The translations under genes and the position numbers were made by a program. A stretch of 49,687 nucleotides of DNA, from the NCBI GenBank assembly GCA_946631895.1, contig CAMPAN010000004.1, positions 1-49,687 of the forward strand. The letters are read 5' to 3'. Shown one piece after another: positions 46,702-49,687 of the stretch. The notes under the pieces were generated by a model. The model had not been told where the DNA came from. It searched no databases and was given only the letters and a program-made list of their open reading frames with translations. The stretch's first letter is position 1. Each line of letters starts with the position of its first letter. The stretch is from an uncultured Clostridia bacterium. GTDB lineage: Bacteria; Bacillota; Clostridia; Christensenellales; CAG-138.

Positions 46702-48075
46702 ATGAAGCAGTACGACGTCATCGTGGTCGGGGCGGGTCCCGGCGGGATCTTTACCGCGTACGAGTTGATGAAGCTGAAGCCGGAATACCGGGTTGCCGTA
46801 TTCGAGGCGGGCAATCCGCTCGAAAAGCGCAAGTGCCCGATCGACGGCGAGAAGATCACGGCTTGCGTGCACTGTCATACCTGCGCGATCATGAACGGCT
46901 TCGGCGGCGCAGGCGCATTTTCCGACGGCAAGTACAACATCACCAACGAGTTCGGCGGCAGCCTGCACGAGTACATCGGGAAAGCGAAGGCGACCGAGCT
47001 CATGGAGTATGTCGATTCGATCAATATGGCGTACGGCGGCGCGGGGACGAAGCTCTATTCCACCGCAAATTCGCACATCAAAAAGCTCTGCCTCGAAAAC
47101 AAGCTGCACCTTCTGGAAGCGTCGGTGCGGCATCTCGGCACGGATAAAAACTACGTCGTGCTCGGCAACCTTTATGATCTTCTGAAGGACAAGGTCGATT
47201 TCTTCTTCGGAGCGCCGGTGACCGCGGTCGTAAAGCGCGAAACGGGCTTTGCGGTGTTCGCAAAGGACGAGGAATATACCTGCGACCGCTGCGTGATCTC
47301 GGTCGGCAGAAGCGGTTCGAAGTGGATGGAAAGCATCTGCAGGGATTTGGAGATCGCCACGAAGAGCAACCGCGTCGACATCGGCGTGCGCGTCGAGCTG
47401 CCCGCGGAGATCTTCTCGCACCTCACCGACGAGCTTTATGAGAGCAAGATCGTCTACCGCACCGAAAAATACGGCGATCTCGTCCGCACGTTCTGCATGA
47501 ATCCGCACGGCGCGGTCGTCACCGAAAACACGAACGGCATCGTGACCGTCAACGGACACAGCTATGAAGATCCGGCGATGCATACGGCAAACACGAACTT
47601 CGCGCTGCTGGTGAGTAAGCGCTTCACCGAGCCGTTCAACGACAGCACGGCGTACGCGGAAAATATCGCAAAGCTAAGCAACATGCTCGGCGGCGGCGTC
47701 ATGCTGCAGAAGTTCGGCGATCTCATTGCGGGACGGCGCTCCACGGAAAAGCGGATCGCGGAGAGCTTCACGATCCCGACACTCGCGGCGACACCCGGCG
47801 ATCTTTCGCTTGTCATGCCGAAGCGGATCCTGGACGGCATCATTGAAATGATCTACGCGCTCGACGCGATTGCGCCGGGCACGGCGAACGACGACACGCT
47901 GCTGTACGGCGTGGAGGTCAAGTTCTACAATATGCAGGTGGAGCTTTCGGAGGATCTGGAAACGAAATACAGCGGGCTCTATGTGATCGGCGACGGCAGC
48001 GGCGTCACGCATTCGCTTTCGCATGCGTCGGCAAGCGGCGTCTACGTCGCACGGAAAATCGCTGCGCGCGCATAA
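46702..48075 (+). CDS. NAD(P)/FAD-dependent oxidoreductase (uncharacterised family)
   Basis: VGAGPGG, CxxCxxC, GGAGAFSDGK, RTFCMNPHG, VNGHSY, YGVEVKFY. Confidence 0.9.
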   Translation: MKQYDVIVVGAGPGGIFTAYELMKLKPEYRVAVFEAGNPLEKRKCPIDGEKITACVHCHTCAIMNGFGGAGAFSDGKYNITNEFGGSLHEYIGKAKATELMEYVDSINMAYGGAGTKLYSTANSHIKKLCLENKLHLLEASVRHLGTDKNYVVLGNLYDLLKDKVDFFFGAPVTAVVKRETGFAVFAKDEEYTCDRCVISVGRSGSKWMESICRDLEIATKSNRVDIGVRVELPAEIFSHLTDELYESKIVYRTEKYGDLVRTFCMNPHGAVVTENTNGIVTVNGHSYEDPAMHTANTNFALLVSKRFTEPFNDSTAYAENIAKLSNMLGGGVMLQKFGDLIAGRRSTEKRIAESFTIPTLAATPGDLSLVMPKRILDGIIEMIYALDAIAPGTANDDTLLYGVEVKFYNMQVELSEDLETKYSGLYVIGDGSGVTHSLSHASASGVYVARKIAARA

Positions 48076-48193
48076 CCGCCGCATTGACATTCTGCCGGAA
48101 CGCGTCAACGCGAAAGCCCGGAAACTGCTTTGCGGCGCGCGGGATTCCTGCGGTGAAACCCATTTTTGCAAACAGATATCGGGAGGGAAAGCC

Positions 48194-48478
48194 GTGATCG
48201 TACTGAATGTGACCTACAAATGCAAAACCGGTCTCCGGAAAGAATTTCTGGAAGCGATCCGGAGAGAGGGTATCGACGAAGCGAGCCGCGCGGAAGCGGG
48301 CAACCTCAGATACGACTATTACCTCCCGTATGACGACAACGGCGATCTGCTGCTGGTGGAAAAGTGGAAGGACGCGGACGCGGTCCGTTTGCACGGGCAG
48401 ACCGCGCATCTGAAGCGCCTTTCCGAGCTGAAGAAGCTGTATGTGACCAAAACGATCATCGAACGCTTCGAAGCATAG
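48194..48478 (+). CDS. Antibiotic-biosynthesis-monooxygenase (ABM) / putative quinol monooxygenase
   Basis: GTG start after GGGAGG; SRAEAGNLRYDY, LLVEKWKD, H..TAH. Confidence 0.85.
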   Translation: MIVLNVTYKCKTGLRKEFLEAIRREGIDEASRAEAGNLRYDYYLPYDDNGDLLLVEKWKDADAVRLHGQTAHLKRLSELKKLYVTKTIIERFEA

Positions 48479-48558
48479 GAAAGCATGCCGCACTTCTGTT
48501 CCGCGGCGCGGCATGAACGGTAAACAACCCGGCAGAGCGGGTTTTCCGGAAATGTTTT

Positions 48559-49179
48559 TCAGGAAAAGAGCTGACCGGGAAGTTTTAGTTTTTCTTTTTT
48601 CGGGAAGGACGCGTCGAAAGCTTCCGCGTCGTCCGGGTCCACGTAATAGCCTGCGGGGGTCTGATACACGCCGGTGACGTCATCGAGACTGCTCGGGATC
48701 AGCTCCTTGCAGAGGAAGAACGAATCGTCCTCGCCTTCCGGAAGGTCGTGGTAGCGGATGCCGAAGTTTCGCGCATAATCGAAACCGGATTTACCGTAAA
48801 AGCCGATATTGCCCTCGAACAGCACGGCGGAAAAGCCCATTTCCCGCGCCTTTTCGAGCGAGTAGTCCAAAAGTTTCTTGCCGTAGCCCTTGCGCTTGTA
48901 CGCCGGCGCGATGCCGATCGGTCCCATCGTCAGGACCTCGACGCGCCGTCCGTCGTCGGCGTCGATGTGCGTTCTCACGAACACGTTCTGTCCGATCAGC
49001 TCGCCGTCCAGTTCCATAACAAAATCAAGCTCTTTGACGAACGCCGGATCGCCGCGCAGGACGTGGATCACGTAATGTTCGAGACAGCCCGGGCGGTACA
49101 CGTTCCAGAACGCTTCGCGCACGAGGTTTTCGACCGCGCGGAAGTCTTTTTCGGTTTCATTGCGGATGATCGGGTCCAT
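48559..49179 (-). CDS. GNAT N-acetyltransferase (YhbS-like)
   Basis: IRNETEKD, EAFWNVYRPGCLEHY, GPIGIAPAYKRKGYG, FYGKSGF. Confidence 0.9.
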   Translation of the reverse strand: MDPIIRNETEKDFRAVENLVREAFWNVYRPGCLEHYVIHVLRGDPAFVKELDFVMELDGELIGQNVFVRTHIDADDGRRVEVLTMGPIGIAPAYKRKGYGKKLLDYSLEKAREMGFSAVLFEGNIGFYGKSGFDYARNFGIRYHDLPEGEDDSFFLCKELIPSSLDDVTGVYQTPAGYYVDPDDAEAFDASFPKKEKLKLPGQLFS

Positions 49180-49226
49180 AAAAATTCTCCTTATTTATCT
49201 TTCTTTTTCATGATAACACGGCGAAA

Positions 49227-49243
49227 GTGACAGTCCGGTGACA
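49227..49243 (-). promoter_or_regulatory. OmpR/PhoB-type direct repeat upstream of the GNAT gene
   Basis: TGTCAC-N5-TGTCAC on the minus strand. Confidence 0.4.
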
Positions 49244-49247
49244 AAGT

Positions 49248-49685
49248 TTATTTCAGCCCGAAGAACGCGCAGATCTTTGCGATCGCGAAGTCCATTTTTG
49301 CGGGCGACTGGAAGCGGTGATCGGCGTTTTCGACCGGCATGAAGTCGATCACGTTGTCCTCCGCAAACGCTTTCACCGCCTCGAACGGAACGATTTCGTC
49401 CTTTGTGCCGTGCACGATGAAAAGCCCGTCCGCGTACGGCAGGAAATCCCGCTCCTTAAGATCCGCTTCTTTGACGCTGTCCAGAAAGACCTTGTCGATC
49501 TCGACCTTGCGGTCGAAGCCGACGGGCACCGGCTTGCCCTTTTCGATCCGCGCAAGGTCGTTTTCGGTCATGATCGCCTGCGTCATCACGCCGTACATCG
49601 GAACGGCGGGACAGCGCAGCGCAAGCTTTCGGAACGGATCGCCGTGCTCGGAGAGGTATTTCAAAAACAGATACGCGCCGAAGCT
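49248..49685 (-). CDS. Alpha/beta hydrolase, 5'-truncated by the window edge
   Basis: Frame is open to the edge: SFGAYL nucleophile elbow, HGTKDEIVP, ADHRF. Confidence 0.85.
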   Translation of the reverse strand, partial: SFGAYLFLKYLSEHGDPFRKLALRCPAVPMYGVMTQAIMTENDLARIEKGKPVPVGFDRKVEIDKVFLDSVKEADLKERDFLPYADGLFIVHGTKDEIVPFEAVKAFAEDNVIDFMPVENADHRFQSPAKMDFAIAKICAFFGLK

Positions 49686-49687
49686 CG

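Noticed and set aside
9964-47583. Other long opposite-strand ORFs (e.g. 11150-12808, 26077-28089, 28943-30937, 42221-43738)
   Set aside because: Shadows of well-supported genes, typical of high-GC3 coding sequence.
48076-48190. Possible structured RNA or riboswitch before the ABM gene
   Set aside because: Some pairing is possible (CGCCGCA/TGCGGCG, TTGAC/GTCAA), but there is no known motif and such stems are expected in GC-rich DNA.

Overview
GC-rich chromosomal window from a Bacillota (Clostridia-like) bacterium, probably a gut or rumen spore-former (inferred from gene content). It spans the likely replication origin. From left to right: a giant secreted repeat protein on the minus strand (>2,400 aa, running off the left edge and absent from the ORF track); a ~21-bp tandem array; parB-parA with two parS sites; glgBCDA; two M23 proteins (one SpoIIQ-like); an MFS transporter; an LRR protein; pckA; a nested REP-like mosaic; membrane and cell-wall proteins (GH3, DUF1846, L,D-transpeptidase, NlpC/P60); a CAT-like acetyltransferase; a TPP riboswitch with thiT; two signal peptidases; DUF951; an ECF sigma/anti-sigma pair; dnaA-oriC-dnaN; a second LRR paralogue; an ene-reductase/SDR/ALDH/IDI operon; and several small enzymes. 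I saw no rRNA, tRNA, CRISPR array, transposase or phage genes. The best leads are: a histone-like AAKP tail on GlgA encoded next to parS-parAB; the unexplained tandem array after parB; an AT-rich, Tyr-rich cassette inside the giant protein; the redox operon coupled to an isoprenoid isomerase; four proteins with substituted catalytic residues; and a dnaA-dnaN pair without its usual neighbours. All calls come from reading motifs by eye; no database search was run.
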